A stretch of DNA of 64,000 nucleotides from Prevotella sp. (GCF_034103185.1 NZ_JAXEGG010000009.1), one strand, 5' to 3'. Shown: positions 17,826-27,936, counted from the first letter of the stretch. The notes: a model not told the origin generated them from the letters alone. Made by a program: numbers and translations.

Positions 17826-19073
17826 ATGGAGATGAATTACAACTCTTTCGAGGTGATGGCACCCGTGGGAAGCCGCGAAAGCCTCGCCGCAGCGATACAG
17901 GCGGGTGCCGACTCGGTGTATTTCGGCATCGGACAACTGAACATGCGCTCGCACAGTGCCAATAAGTTCGGCATCGACGACCTGCGCGACATTGCCCGGG
18001 AATGCGACGCCAACGGCATAAAGACCTACCTGACGGTGAACACCATCATCTATGATGAGGACATAGAGACGATGCACCGGATTGTGGATGCGGCACACGA
18101 GGCTGGCATCACGGCAGTGATAGCGAGCGACGTGGCTGTGATGACCTACTGTAACAGCATCGGACAGGAGGTGCACCTGTCAACGCAACTCAATATTTCA
18201 AACCTTGACTCGCTGCGTTTCTATGCCCGGTTTGCCGATGTGGTGGTGCTCGCAAGAGAACTGAAAATGGAGCAGGTGGCAGAGATTTACCGCGGCATAG
18301 AGGAGCAGAACATCTGCGGTCCGGGCGGAAACCGTGTGCGCATAGAAATGTTCTGCCACGGCGCACTGTGCATGGCAGTGAGCGGAAAGTGCTATCTGTC
18401 GCTCGACAACGCGGCGCGCAGTGCCAACAGGGGTGAGTGTATGCAGCTCTGCCGACGCTCATACATCGTGACAGACCGCGAAACGGGAACCGAATTAGAG
18501 GTTGACAACAAATACATAATGAGTCCGAAAGACCTGAAAACCGTGCGCTTCATAGACAGGATGATGAACGCCGGAGTGAGGGTTTTCAAGATAGAAGGAC
18601 GCGCCCGCAGTGCAGAGTACGTATATACCGTGGTGAAATGCTACAAGGAAGCGATACAGGCAGTGCTGGATGGCACGTTCACCGAAGAACGGAAAGACGA
18701 GTGGGACGAGCGTCTTGCAACCGTTTTCAACCGCGGTTTCTGGGACGGTTACTACCTCGGACAGCAACTCGGAGAGTGGAACAAGGAGTATGGAAGCAGT
18801 GCCACGGAGCGGAAACAGTATGTGGGAAAGGGCATGAAATACTTCTCCAAACTCGGAGTGGCAGAGTTCGCGGTTGAGGCTTGCGAGTTCGGAGTGGGCG
18901 ACAGCATGCTCATCACCGGTCCTACAACAGGCGTGGTATATGTCACACCGGAGGAAATTCACGGCGACGACGGTCCGGTGAGCATAGCCCGGCAGGGCAC
19001 ACGTGTGAGCTTCACAGTGCCGGGAAAGATACGCCCGAGCGACAAATTGTATAAACTGATAAAGGTAAAATAA
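17826..19073 (+). CDS. U32-family protein (TrhP/RlhA-like Fe-S RNA hydroxylase; often mislabelled collagenase)
   Basis: EVMAPVGS, AGADSVYFG, HGALCMAVSGKCYLS, NRGECMQLCR, FKIEGR. Confidence 0.85.
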   Translation: MEMNYNSFEVMAPVGSRESLAAAIQAGADSVYFGIGQLNMRSHSANKFGIDDLRDIARECDANGIKTYLTVNTIIYDEDIETMHRIVDAAHEAGITAVIASDVAVMTYCNSIGQEVHLSTQLNISNLDSLRFYARFADVVVLARELKMEQVAEIYRGIEEQNICGPGGNRVRIEMFCHGALCMAVSGKCYLSLDNAARSANRGECMQLCRRSYIVTDRETGTELEVDNKYIMSPKDLKTVRFIDRMMNAGVRVFKIEGRARSAEYVYTVVKCYKEAIQAVLDGTFTEERKDEWDERLATVFNRGFWDGYYLGQQLGEWNKEYGSSATERKQYVGKGMKYFSKLGVAEFAVEACEFGVGDSMLITGPTTGVVYVTPEEIHGDDGPVSIARQGTRVSFTVPGKIRPSDKLYKLIKVK

Positions 19074-19077
19074 GGAA

Positions 19078-19506
19078 ATGGCAACAATAAACGAACTGCA
19101 AAACGAGGTCATAGAGGAATTTTCCGACTTCGAAGACTGGATGGACAGATACCAGTTGCTGATAGACCTCGGCAACGAACAGGAAGTGCTCGACGAGAAA
19201 TACAAAACACAGAGCAACCTCATCGACGGCTGTCAGAGCAGGGTATGGCTGCAAGCCGACTACATCAACGGGCGTCTGCACTTCTCGGCAGAGAGCGACG
19301 CGCTTATAGTTAAGGGCATAGTGGCTCTGCTGATACGTGTGCTCGACGGGCATACGCCACAGGAAATACTCGATGCCGACCTCTATTTCATCGACCGTAT
19401 CGGTCTGCGCGACCACCTTTCGCCAACTCGTTCCAACGGATTGCTGGCAATGATAAAGCAGATAAAGGCATACGCGCTGGCATACAAGATGAAAGAGGGC
19501 AACTGA
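19078..19506 (+). CDS. sufE: SufE-family Fe-S assembly sulfur acceptor
   Basis: WMDRYQLLIDLG, IDGCQSRVW, ESDALIVKG, LSPTRSNGL. Confidence 0.92.
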   Translation: MATINELQNEVIEEFSDFEDWMDRYQLLIDLGNEQEVLDEKYKTQSNLIDGCQSRVWLQADYINGRLHFSAESDALIVKGIVALLIRVLDGHTPQEILDADLYFIDRIGLRDHLSPTRSNGLLAMIKQIKAYALAYKMKEGN

Positions 19507-19550
19507 GAAGCATCCGGACAACAGAGTATAGGGTTTATGACAATATCCCG

Positions 19551-20108
19551 ATGCCCAAGAAACTGCGAACAATAGAAATCTCGCGACTGTCGCTGAAAGA
19601 CTTCCGCGAGGCAGAGAAACTGCCGCTAACGGTGGTTCTCGACGGCGTGCGCTCGATGTATAACATCGGTTCGGTGTTCCGGACGTGCGACGCTTTCCGC
19701 GTTGAGGAGGTGCTGCTGTGCGGCATTACGGCAACACCGCCACACCCGGAAATCCACAAAACCGCACTCGGAGGCGAGGACAGCGTGGCGTGGAGATATT
19801 TCCCCACGACGCTCGAAGCCGTTGACTATCTCCGCGCAAAACACCGGATGATTTACTCCATAGAACAGTGTGAAGGCTCGGTAATGCTCGGCGACATCGA
19901 CTCCCTCCCCGTATTCGCTGCCGACCGCCGCTCGGAGGGCTGCGCGGTGATATTCGGCAACGAGGTGAAAGGGGTGATGCAGGAGGTAATCGACCGCTCC
20001 GACGGCTGCATCGAGATACCCCAATACGGCACGAAACACTCCCTCAACGTCGCCGTTACAGCCGGCATCGTGGTGTGGGAAGTTGCCCGACGGCTGCTTG
20101 ATACATGA
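19551..20108 (+). CDS. TrmH/SpoU-family RNA 2'-O-methyltransferase
   Basis: VVLDGVRSMYNIGSVFRT, IFGNEVKGV, IEIPQYG...SLNVAV SPOUT motifs. Confidence 0.9.
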   Translation: MPKKLRTIEISRLSLKDFREAEKLPLTVVLDGVRSMYNIGSVFRTCDAFRVEEVLLCGITATPPHPEIHKTALGGEDSVAWRYFPTTLEAVDYLRAKHRMIYSIEQCEGSVMLGDIDSLPVFAADRRSEGCAVIFGNEVKGVMQEVIDRSDGCIEIPQYGTKHSLNVAVTAGIVVWEVARRLLDT

Positions 20109-20116
20109 CCTATCAC

Positions 20117-20178
20117 TCTTTAACCCCAATCTCTAAGTTTGCAATATGAATTGCAAACTTAGAGATTGGGGTTAAAGA
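20117..20178. terminator. 29-bp perfect inverted repeat between convergent genes (likely bidirectional terminator)
   Basis: tctttaaccccaatctctaagtttgcaat-atga-attgcaaacttagagattggggttaaaga. Confidence 0.75.
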
Positions 20179-20226
20179 AAGAAGCCCTGACGCTCTGCGA
20201 AATACATCTTTTTGTCCCGGTGTTTA

Positions 20227-21867
20227 TCAGAAAGTTATCCCCACCGAGGCATGCAGTGCATAACCGCGGTTATCATTCCCGACGTCGTTTTTTCTGTATT
20301 CCGCCCGTGTTTCGGCAAAGAGTCCCATTCCGCTCATGAACTTAGGCACATATTCTGCACGCAGTCCGAATGAAAGCATAGTGTAGGAAGCCAGCGCATC
20401 AGCCACGCATCGCTCTGTCATTCTCTTCTTTGCCGCTGCCACATCGTCTTTCAGGGGCGACGTATAAGTATCATCCGCGGTTGTCGTGAATGCTCCGGAA
20501 ACATTCCGATAATACCGACATCCGATGTCTGCGGCAACGAGCAGATGTCTGCCTTTTGCCTGCCATTGCAGCGTTGCACCGAAATGATTATGCGAGAAGT
20601 GGAGTTCGCTGTGAGGATAGGCATACGATGAAGAATGATGCCGGTGTCCTCCCTGCAGAACAAGTGCGAGTAAATGGTTGCGCCCCAAAGCGAAGTTGGC
20701 AGTTGTTCCGATAAAGACATCGGTGTAACGGTTGGCATACATCGACAGATAACCGCGCACGGCATACTCGTTGGCGATAGATTCGCCGCCGATAATCTCG
20801 TCGCCTCGCCGCTTCTCACCATCCGTTCCGAGCCACACGGCGACACCCTTATCACTCATGGGCGACGCTTTCATCATGCCTTTCCAGCCCAACCGTGCCT
20901 GCCACCGGGTGACATGGAGGCGACTGATTGGCAGCGCGTTGAGGCTCGAAAGGATACGTTTGTAAGGGGTGTATTCGTAACCGGCCGTAAGAATTATGCC
21001 CCCGTTCCCCGCCGTGGGTCGTATGGCGAAGTCGGCTCCGCATCCTGTTGCCTTATAGTAAGCCTTGTTGTTGGTGCCCGAAAAACGCTCATACCAGTTG
21101 CCGAGTCCCGACATCTGATACTCCGGAACGACCCCTTCTTCGCGGAAAAACTCAACAGAATTGGTCTGTTTGTATAATTTCAGTGCCGCTCCGAGAGCCA
21201 GCCAATGGTTCGATATTCTGCGACTTATTCCCATACGCATATTCAGTTCGGTAGTTATTCCTCTCATACGCGGGTCGCTGACGCTCCATTCGTGTTCTGC
21301 ACGGAATGTCAGTTCCTCGCCTATTGTCCATTGTCCGAAGCTCGTTGCACATCCCCCATTGAAGGCATAACGCTCGGTGTTGCGGTCGCCTCCGAGTGTA
21401 TCAGCCAGCACGTAAGGACGTATGGTGTTCCAGTCTGACGATGAGTTCCACTCGACATTGTCACGACGCCCATTCTGATATGACGCCTCGCCCCACACCA
21501 CTGTCGCAGAACGTTGAAAGCGTCCGGCATCATTATCTTTTCCGAAGAGCCTTCTGTAGGTTGCCGCCCTTATGCCTATGTTGCGAAGGACATTTCCTTC
21601 CTGCATCACGAAAGCCTCATCTTCACGACGTTTGTCGGCATAGACGCCCAACTCTCCGTATGTGCTGCCGTATGCCTCGAAGCGAAGTGCAGGGTTCGCG
21701 AACCAAGAATTCTGTGTATTCAGGAAGATATTGTGATGCTCGGCGGAACTTCTGATGACGCAAATTGCGGAGTCGGCTTCCCCCAAAGGCTGTTCACCGA
21801 CAACTGAAGAGGCTGCCGGAACGGTGGTGACGGAAAGTAATGCGAGGCACAGATATAGTCTGTTCAT
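20227..21867 (-). CDS. Outer-membrane beta-barrel protein (DUF6850-like)
   Basis: 546 aa; signal peptide; amphipathic strands; C-terminal ...SVGITF; PYVLADTLGG motif; usual partner of DUF4876 and a TonB receptor. Confidence 0.7.
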   Translation of the reverse strand: MNRLYLCLALLSVTTVPAASSVVGEQPLGEADSAICVIRSSAEHHNIFLNTQNSWFANPALRFEAYGSTYGELGVYADKRREDEAFVMQEGNVLRNIGIRAATYRRLFGKDNDAGRFQRSATVVWGEASYQNGRRDNVEWNSSSDWNTIRPYVLADTLGGDRNTERYAFNGGCATSFGQWTIGEELTFRAEHEWSVSDPRMRGITTELNMRMGISRRISNHWLALGAALKLYKQTNSVEFFREEGVVPEYQMSGLGNWYERFSGTNNKAYYKATGCGADFAIRPTAGNGGIILTAGYEYTPYKRILSSLNALPISRLHVTRWQARLGWKGMMKASPMSDKGVAVWLGTDGEKRRGDEIIGGESIANEYAVRGYLSMYANRYTDVFIGTTANFALGRNHLLALVLQGGHRHHSSSYAYPHSELHFSHNHFGATLQWQAKGRHLLVAADIGCRYYRNVSGAFTTTADDTYTSPLKDDVAAAKKRMTERCVADALASYTMLSFGLRAEYVPKFMSGMGLFAETRAEYRKNDVGNDNRGYALHASVGITF

Positions 21868-22259
21868 TTGAATAACTGTATGTTGAGTTTCACCTCCGAC
21901 GGTTTGTCAAGCACCTCCACATAACTGCTTGCTGCACGGAAGCGGTACACCCGACGTCTGCCGCCATTGATTTTCACTGCCACTTTGCCGTCTGCCGTTA
22001 TGTTGTACGGTCCGCGCATCACCTCGGGGAATGTAACGCTGATGCTGTCCCAGCCGTTTTCGGTCCACGTGAATTTGTTGGTAAGACACTGCATCGACAC
22101 CGTTCCCATTGCCTGCAGCACTTCTATACTGTCGTGGGCGGTCAGTGTCACCCGTGCAGACGTAGTGACACAATCGTCATGCTCCGGCTCACAGGCGTTT
22201 AACAACGCCGTGAGCCAGAGGCATAAGATTAGCGGTGATATGTTTTTTACAAATATCAT
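21864..22259 (-). CDS. Small hypothetical lipoprotein
   Basis: 131 aa; LTALLNAC lipobox-like sequence followed by acidic EPEHDD; stop overlaps the next start (ATGA). Confidence 0.6.
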   Translation of the reverse strand: MIFVKNISPLILCLWLTALLNACEPEHDDCVTTSARVTLTAHDSIEVLQAMGTVSMQCLTNKFTWTENGWDSISVTFPEVMRGPYNITADGKVAVKINGGRRRVYRFRAASSYVEVLDKPSEVKLNIQLFK

Positions 22260-22286
22260 GTCACATTCTCAGGGCTTTTCCCCTCA

Positions 22287-23741
22287 TCACTTCACCAGCA
22301 CTTTTCGTCCGTTTATGATGTAGAGACCCGGCTTGCCGGTGCTATCCACGCGCACACCGTCGATACGATATATCCTCATTTCTTTCCTTTCGTCGTTTCT
22401 CACGCTGTCAATTCCAGTCGTGGCACTAAGCATCGACGGCTCGGCATCGGATATAAAGTCCTCGGTGGAGTTGTTGGTGTCTATCCATTTCCCCTCCTCG
22501 TTCTTCTTGCGAATTACCGAATGGTTGTAGCGACTCTTGTCATGGTCAACGCTACCGCAGTGTGCCCAGCCAGAATCGAGCGTCGGAGCAAGCACGTTCC
22601 ACTGCCATTCTGATGCCACGCTAAGTCCCACGGCATCGACAATCCATGAGTTTGGAAGTTTATATCCGTCGCCGTCCATCGGGTATGAGTTACCGTTGAA
22701 GGTGAACACATAGGTGTAAGTGTATTTGAAGTTATTGATATATTCATCTCTCTTCACTTCCGGTTTTGCAAGCACATACGACTTGAAGCCTCGGTTGTGC
22801 ATGCCCCAGTAAGAGGCACTGTAGTCATACCAGTTATCCATATTTGTCACATCAGGATTGTCGGAGTCTTGAAAATTAGGATTTTCAGACTCGTCGTAGA
22901 ACTCAAAGTTTGCCTTTGACAAATCGAACGACTTGGGATTTACCTCCTTATGGTTTATGGCATTCACTGCCACCAGCACTTCCTCGCCCGGCTCAATGGG
23001 ATAGTCGTGCCCGTTGCCGGGGAAAAGATATATCGCACCTATTGTCGTGGTGTCTGCCATGATATCGGGGGTGTAGTCCTGCTTGTCAACCGACAAGAAC
23101 GCCGTTTCAGCAAAAGCATATCCGTCAAGATAGAGAGTCTCGTTGCTGTTGTTGCCTATTTTCAGGTATTGATCGTCGCTATACTGCTTTCCTTCGGGCG
23201 TTGTCGTACCGGTGAAGAATATCTCACTGATTACGAGAGTCTGCGAACCTATCGGCACGTCGAAGTCTGCCGTTTCCACGATAGCCTTGAACAGATGATA
23301 GAAATCCTCGTTCAGGAAGCCCTGCTTCATCAGTTCCGGCACGTAGAGAGTGACGTTGGCGAAGTCGAAAGAGTTCTCCGACAGTTCTGCCGGTTCTGCC
23401 ATGTAAGCCGTGGTGAGACTCTCACACTGCTTGAAAGCTTCCTCGTTGATGAATGTAACCGACGAAGGAATACGCACGTTGGTAACAGTCTTGGAACCGA
23501 AGAACGCCTTCTTGCCGATTGCTGTGACGTTATAGGTGATGCCGTTGTTGGTTACTTTGGCAGGCAATGTTACGTTTCCGGTATAGGAGTTGTATTCTTC
23601 GGTGGCGTAAGTCACCTCAACGCTGTTGGAACCGGTGATGTTGTAGAACACGTTTCCGTTCTGAAAATCGAAAGCCATTGCGCTGTTTGCCGCAAATGCT
23701 GTAATTGCACAGAGTGCAAATCGGGTAAATGTTTTGATCAT
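22287..23741 (-). CDS. BspA-LRR + DUF4876-like domain + T9SS CTD protein
   Basis: N-terminal FYNITG...VTLPAKVT...VTAIGKKAF LRR; central LVISEIFFTG...DDQYLKIGNN...IGAIYLFPG...DTNNSTEDF; CTD IYRIDG...GLYIINGRKVLVK. Confidence 0.75.
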   Translation of the reverse strand: MIKTFTRFALCAITAFAANSAMAFDFQNGNVFYNITGSNSVEVTYATEEYNSYTGNVTLPAKVTNNGITYNVTAIGKKAFFGSKTVTNVRIPSSVTFINEEAFKQCESLTTAYMAEPAELSENSFDFANVTLYVPELMKQGFLNEDFYHLFKAIVETADFDVPIGSQTLVISEIFFTGTTTPEGKQYSDDQYLKIGNNSNETLYLDGYAFAETAFLSVDKQDYTPDIMADTTTIGAIYLFPGNGHDYPIEPGEEVLVAVNAINHKEVNPKSFDLSKANFEFYDESENPNFQDSDNPDVTNMDNWYDYSASYWGMHNRGFKSYVLAKPEVKRDEYINNFKYTYTYVFTFNGNSYPMDGDGYKLPNSWIVDAVGLSVASEWQWNVLAPTLDSGWAHCGSVDHDKSRYNHSVIRKKNEEGKWIDTNNSTEDFISDAEPSMLSATTGIDSVRNDERKEMRIYRIDGVRVDSTGKPGLYIINGRKVLVK

Positions 23742-23758
23742 AAAAATAATTGTTAGAG

Positions 23759-26539
23759 TTATATATTGAAGTTTATTTCAAGTCCGAAGTACGGCGTTAC
23801 ATACCTGCGAGTGGTATAGTTGTTGCGCGTATAGTCGGGATGAATGTCGAAAATCTTGTTTACGAAGAGCGCAACCATTAACTTATCGCGCAGCAGTCGT
23901 TTCGTTGCCTTGAGGTTAAGGTTCATATAGAAGGGCACAGTCTGTCGCTTTTCTATACCACTATTATATGTACGCACGAGGAACTGCCGCTCCATGTCGG
24001 CTGCATCTGCATCGGTAAAGGGGTGTAATAAGCCATCGGCAGTCATGTAACTCACCGGTCGGGCTTCCTTGTGCATGTGCTCCCGGGCGGTGTACCACAT
24101 ACATTGCGCCGACACGGAAAAGCCCAATGCCAGCCGTGGCACGTCGGTATCGAATGTGAAATTGGTGTTCCACATCTCGCGTATGTATCCATCGTCATCG
24201 TCGTAAAGCCCCACCAGTTCAAGATTACGCCCGGCAACGGTTCGCGAGAGATGTTCCTGCACCACCATAGAGTTGTTGTATTGCGACTTCAACCATGCCC
24301 CGGTAATGGTCATTCGGGTAGCCAACAGCGACCAGCGAGGCGATGAATAGGTGTATTCCACGCCACGTTTCAGAGTCCTGCTGCCGTTACCTGTCTGTCC
24401 GGTGCTGCGCAATACTTGCCGCATCTCGTATGGCAGGGTGTGCGGGTCGGGAGGAGTGGTGATGGAATTGTGGTCTATGCCCGATGTGTCATACCATTTG
24501 TAGGCATAGGAATGATAGTCTGCCATAGGGCGAAATCCCGACTTCATGTCTTCCTCGAAGTATGTCACGATAAGCCGATGTCCTCTCCATGAAGCATCGA
24601 TGCTCATCTCCCATTTGCTGTTACGCGCCGCATTGAGATGATAGTTGGAAGGGTCTTTCACGTATGTCTGCAGCCACACGGAGCGCAGTTCGCGCTTTTC
24701 GTGCCAATAGTTCATCTCCACCATGTCTATGAAAAGGGGCTCGGGATATAACAGATTGATAGTAGGCATCTTGGTATGCTTGCCCCAACCGCCTCGCAGT
24801 TGCAGTTTAAGCGGAGCACCGAAAAATGATATTTGCGGCAGACTCCAGCCTGCGTTAATCCTCGGGTCTGCGTAAACCTTGCCGCACAGGTCGTAACGGC
24901 TGTCGAGATTGGTCATCGTCGAAGTGCGCACTCCTGCCACTAACTGCAGTTGATGACGCAGAACGGGGACTGTGATGTCTGCCTCGGCAAATCCCGACAA
25001 CTGCATCTCGGCAGGCACGTCACGATATTTCCGCTGCCGGGAAGACAGTCCTACGTATAGCGGAAACATCGGGTCGAACAGCTGTCCGTTGCCGAGGTTC
25101 TTGTCGTATTGCCAGTCGGCACCCACTTTCAGGATGTTGCTCATCCACGATGACGGCATGGAAAAATCGGCTTGAGCCTTCACGAAGATGCCCAAAGGTC
25201 GCCCGTCAACCCTATGTCGTCCCGTATATTTATATGGATAGATGAGCACGGCACTGCTTTCGCCCTCTTCGTGGGTGACTGCGGCAGGCTGGCCGTGGTC
25301 TATCTGCACCAGACGCTGCCTGTCGAGAATGTTCTTCTCGAAGTTCACCGATGCCAGCAGTTCTGCCGAGCGCAACCATTCGTCCTCGCTGCGGCTATCC
25401 TGTCGCAATGTGAAATTTGCCGCCCAACGATTTCGGTCGCTCTTATATGAGTCAACACCGCCATAGTTCAGTTCGGGATCAATGTTGTCATCGTCGAACG
25501 ATCCGGAGTAGTCGAGGTTGAGCATGGCGTTCCATTGTCTGCGCCGAGTTTGCCAACCATGCCCTCCGCGCACCGAGAACGACAGCCGTTGATAGGTTTC
25601 CAGCACGTTTCGCGGGTCTCCGTTAGCCTTCAGCCAGTCAGCACTGATGTTCAGAGTCCACCCCATTTCGTCCCACTCCAAGCCCTTCGACACATGCAGC
25701 AGTTTGCTCTCCATGTCTGCCTTGAAACGCGCTTGCAGGCGGTGTCCTCCCCTGCGGCGTTTCACTTTCACAAGTCCGCTCGTAAGGTCGCCGTATTCCA
25801 CGCCCGGAATACCTCTCACCACCTCCACCTGTTCCACGTCATCGGTGGATATGGAACGCATATCCACGCCCGAATTTGTGAAGTCTCTACGGGTTGTTTT
25901 AGAGTCCCACGCACCATTCATGTGCTGCATGTCGGCATTTGTAGATATTGGTGCTCCGTCTATCAAGAAACTTGTTCCCAGCGACGACGTGTTGTATTTT
26001 CCCTCCGGTCGCTCCGTCTCTCGCAGTTTTATTATGTTTGGAGAAGTCAGGTTCGGGTCGCTCGCCATTCCTCCCGGCAGCAATTCCATGAGGTCGCTGA
26101 TGCTTGAGGGCTGCAGATGCTTCATGGCTTGCTTTCCGATTACCGACGATGAGGTGAGTCCGCGACGCTCTGTTGCAGTCACCACCACCTCTTTCAGCAT
26201 TGTGGTTGAGGGCGTAAGGCGGTATGTGGCATTGTTTCTAAGCCTGCCTTTCAGTTCGTCGTAGCCCAGCGAAGATATGATTATGTCTGTTGCTGTGGTG
26301 TCAGCATGTATTGTAAAGAAGCCTTCTGTGTCTGCAATGACTACATTCTGCGGACTGCCGGCAAGTCTTATCCATGCCCCCGGCAGCGGTTCTCCCGTCT
26401 GTTTGTCGGTCACACGCCCCCTTGCCGTGACCTGAGCGGCAGCTGGAACGGTCACCGGCAACAGCACTATATATATTAAAAAGGTATGAAAAACCTGCAA
26501 AGCAAGGCTTGTTTTATGTTTTCTGCATATCTTTTTCAT
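23759..26539 (-). CDS. TonB-dependent receptor with N-terminal carboxypeptidase-regulatory-like domain
   Basis: 926 aa; GRVTDKQTGEPLPGA; EVVVTA; plug DLMELLPG...IDGAPIS...EVVRGIPGVEYG; C-terminal GLEINFNI. Confidence 0.9.
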   Translation of the reverse strand: MKKICRKHKTSLALQVFHTFLIYIVLLPVTVPAAAQVTARGRVTDKQTGEPLPGAWIRLAGSPQNVVIADTEGFFTIHADTTATDIIISSLGYDELKGRLRNNATYRLTPSTTMLKEVVVTATERRGLTSSSVIGKQAMKHLQPSSISDLMELLPGGMASDPNLTSPNIIKLRETERPEGKYNTSSLGTSFLIDGAPISTNADMQHMNGAWDSKTTRRDFTNSGVDMRSISTDDVEQVEVVRGIPGVEYGDLTSGLVKVKRRRGGHRLQARFKADMESKLLHVSKGLEWDEMGWTLNISADWLKANGDPRNVLETYQRLSFSVRGGHGWQTRRRQWNAMLNLDYSGSFDDDNIDPELNYGGVDSYKSDRNRWAANFTLRQDSRSEDEWLRSAELLASVNFEKNILDRQRLVQIDHGQPAAVTHEEGESSAVLIYPYKYTGRHRVDGRPLGIFVKAQADFSMPSSWMSNILKVGADWQYDKNLGNGQLFDPMFPLYVGLSSRQRKYRDVPAEMQLSGFAEADITVPVLRHQLQLVAGVRTSTMTNLDSRYDLCGKVYADPRINAGWSLPQISFFGAPLKLQLRGGWGKHTKMPTINLLYPEPLFIDMVEMNYWHEKRELRSVWLQTYVKDPSNYHLNAARNSKWEMSIDASWRGHRLIVTYFEEDMKSGFRPMADYHSYAYKWYDTSGIDHNSITTPPDPHTLPYEMRQVLRSTGQTGNGSRTLKRGVEYTYSSPRWSLLATRMTITGAWLKSQYNNSMVVQEHLSRTVAGRNLELVGLYDDDDGYIREMWNTNFTFDTDVPRLALGFSVSAQCMWYTAREHMHKEARPVSYMTADGLLHPFTDADAADMERQFLVRTYNSGIEKRQTVPFYMNLNLKATKRLLRDKLMVALFVNKIFDIHPDYTRNNYTTRRYVTPYFGLEINFNI

Positions 26540-26707
26540 AATAATGGTGCAAAAGTATTGGTTTCAAATGATGTCGGCAATACCCAAAAATCGGTATTTT
26601 TAATGTGCGACGCGGTGTTCCATTAAGCCGAAAAACGTTGTTTTACTTGCATATTGCAATGGAATTACTTAATTTTGCAACATATTTTTGATTTAAAACT
26701 ACATATT

Positions 26708-27259
26708 ATGTTCAAGAAAAGCATTAAACTATTCGTGTGTATTTGCATTGCAGCAATCACGCTGAACTCGTGTATCGGGTCGTTCGGACTGTTCAACAAG
26801 GTGTTATCTTGGAACAAGACAGCCACGGACAACAAGTTCCTTAACGAACTCATATTCATCCTCATATCACCGGCATACGCTATCTGCGGCACTGCCGACC
26901 TGCTTGTTCTCAACACAATAGAGTTCTGGTCGGGCGATAACCCGATAGCCTCTAACGTCGGCAAGACACAGAGTGTTATGGGAAGCGACGGCAGGATGTA
27001 TTCCGTGACGACGCTGAAAGACGGATATGAGATAAAGGATGCCGACGGTAAGCAGGTGAATTTCACCTTCGACGAGCAGCAGCAGACATGGTCGGTGGAG
27101 GCAGAGGGCACGAAACAGGTGCTGCTGAAGATGAAAGACAACGACACTGCGGAGATAATGCTCCCCAACGGAGGCACAAAAGACATCTCACTCAACGAGC
27201 AAGGGATGTTCGAAGCGCGCTTGGCGTTGGGCGAAGGCAGTTATTTTGCTGCGCGATAA
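26708..27259 (+). CDS. DUF3332-like lipoprotein
   Basis: LNSCIGSFGLFNKVLSWN...LNELIF...DLLVLNTIEFWSGDNP; TAATTTTG box at 26670-26677. Confidence 0.8.
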   Translation: MFKKSIKLFVCICIAAITLNSCIGSFGLFNKVLSWNKTATDNKFLNELIFILISPAYAICGTADLLVLNTIEFWSGDNPIASNVGKTQSVMGSDGRMYSVTTLKDGYEIKDADGKQVNFTFDEQQQTWSVEAEGTKQVLLKMKDNDTAEIMLPNGGTKDISLNEQGMFEARLALGEGSYFAAR

Positions 27260-27400
27260 GGCACGAGGTATATTCCGCTATATGGCATGCCGATAAGTAT
27301 ATAATACATTCTCAACTCCGCAAAACATACGTTACTTCAGTGGAAAGCATTAGTTCTGCATCATGTGATGATACAGGAAGATAAATATTACATATAGTTT

Positions 27401-27936
27401 ATGAAACGGATATATGGATATGACGACCTTCAACCTGTGTTAGAACGGTTGCTGAAGGGAAAGGAATCGGGCGACTTGGAGTTCAAGTCGGCTAAGGGAG
27501 GGTTCCCTCATTCATTTTGGGAAACGTATTCTTCGTTTGCCAATACTGACGGTGGCGTTGATAAAATTATGCGTGGTTGGGAAGATATCATGTATATGGA
27601 ATGAATGTTGGACTTAATGTAGGACTTCAGGTGCCTAATGTAGGACTTAATGATGATAATGTAGGACTTGACAATAGCAATGTAGGACTTAATGACAACA
27701 TTGCCGATAAGAGAAGATATTCTCAACAACAACTACGCGAACTCATAGTATCTTACTGCACAGAATGGAGGACTGCAGAAGAAATTGCAACAGAAGTGGG
27801 TAGAAACATTGTATATATCAGAGACCGGGTGCTTCCAAAACTGTCAGACGTTATAGAGAAGAGGTATGATATTCCTCACCATCCGCATCAGAAATACAAG
27901 GCAAGACAAATGGGAGAAAAAGAAGTATTACGTTAA
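27401..27936 (+). pseudogene. Internally deleted and frameshifted AlbA_2 (Schlafen-like) / RecG-C-type regulator remnant
   Basis: [31 protein letters not shown] joins directly to VDKIMRGWE, then a frame change to NVGL repeats and a wHTH-like tail (DIPHHPHQKY). Confidence 0.75.
27604..27690 (+). repeat. Coding tandem repeat aatgtaggactt (NVGL), mostly 21-bp period
   Basis: Copies at 27604 (one mismatch), 27616, 27637, 27658, 27679. Confidence 0.9.

Noticed and set aside
26587-26601. Single unit-like sequence aaaatcggtattttt in the TonB/DUF3332 divergent promoter
   Set aside because: Two core mismatches, no neighbouring unit at 22 bp and no tail; may be chance in AT-rich DNA.
27604-27690. 12-bp direct repeats with 9-bp variable spacers resembling a mini-CRISPR
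   Set aside because: Far too short, in frame as NVGLxxx inside a coding remnant, and no cas genes or leader.
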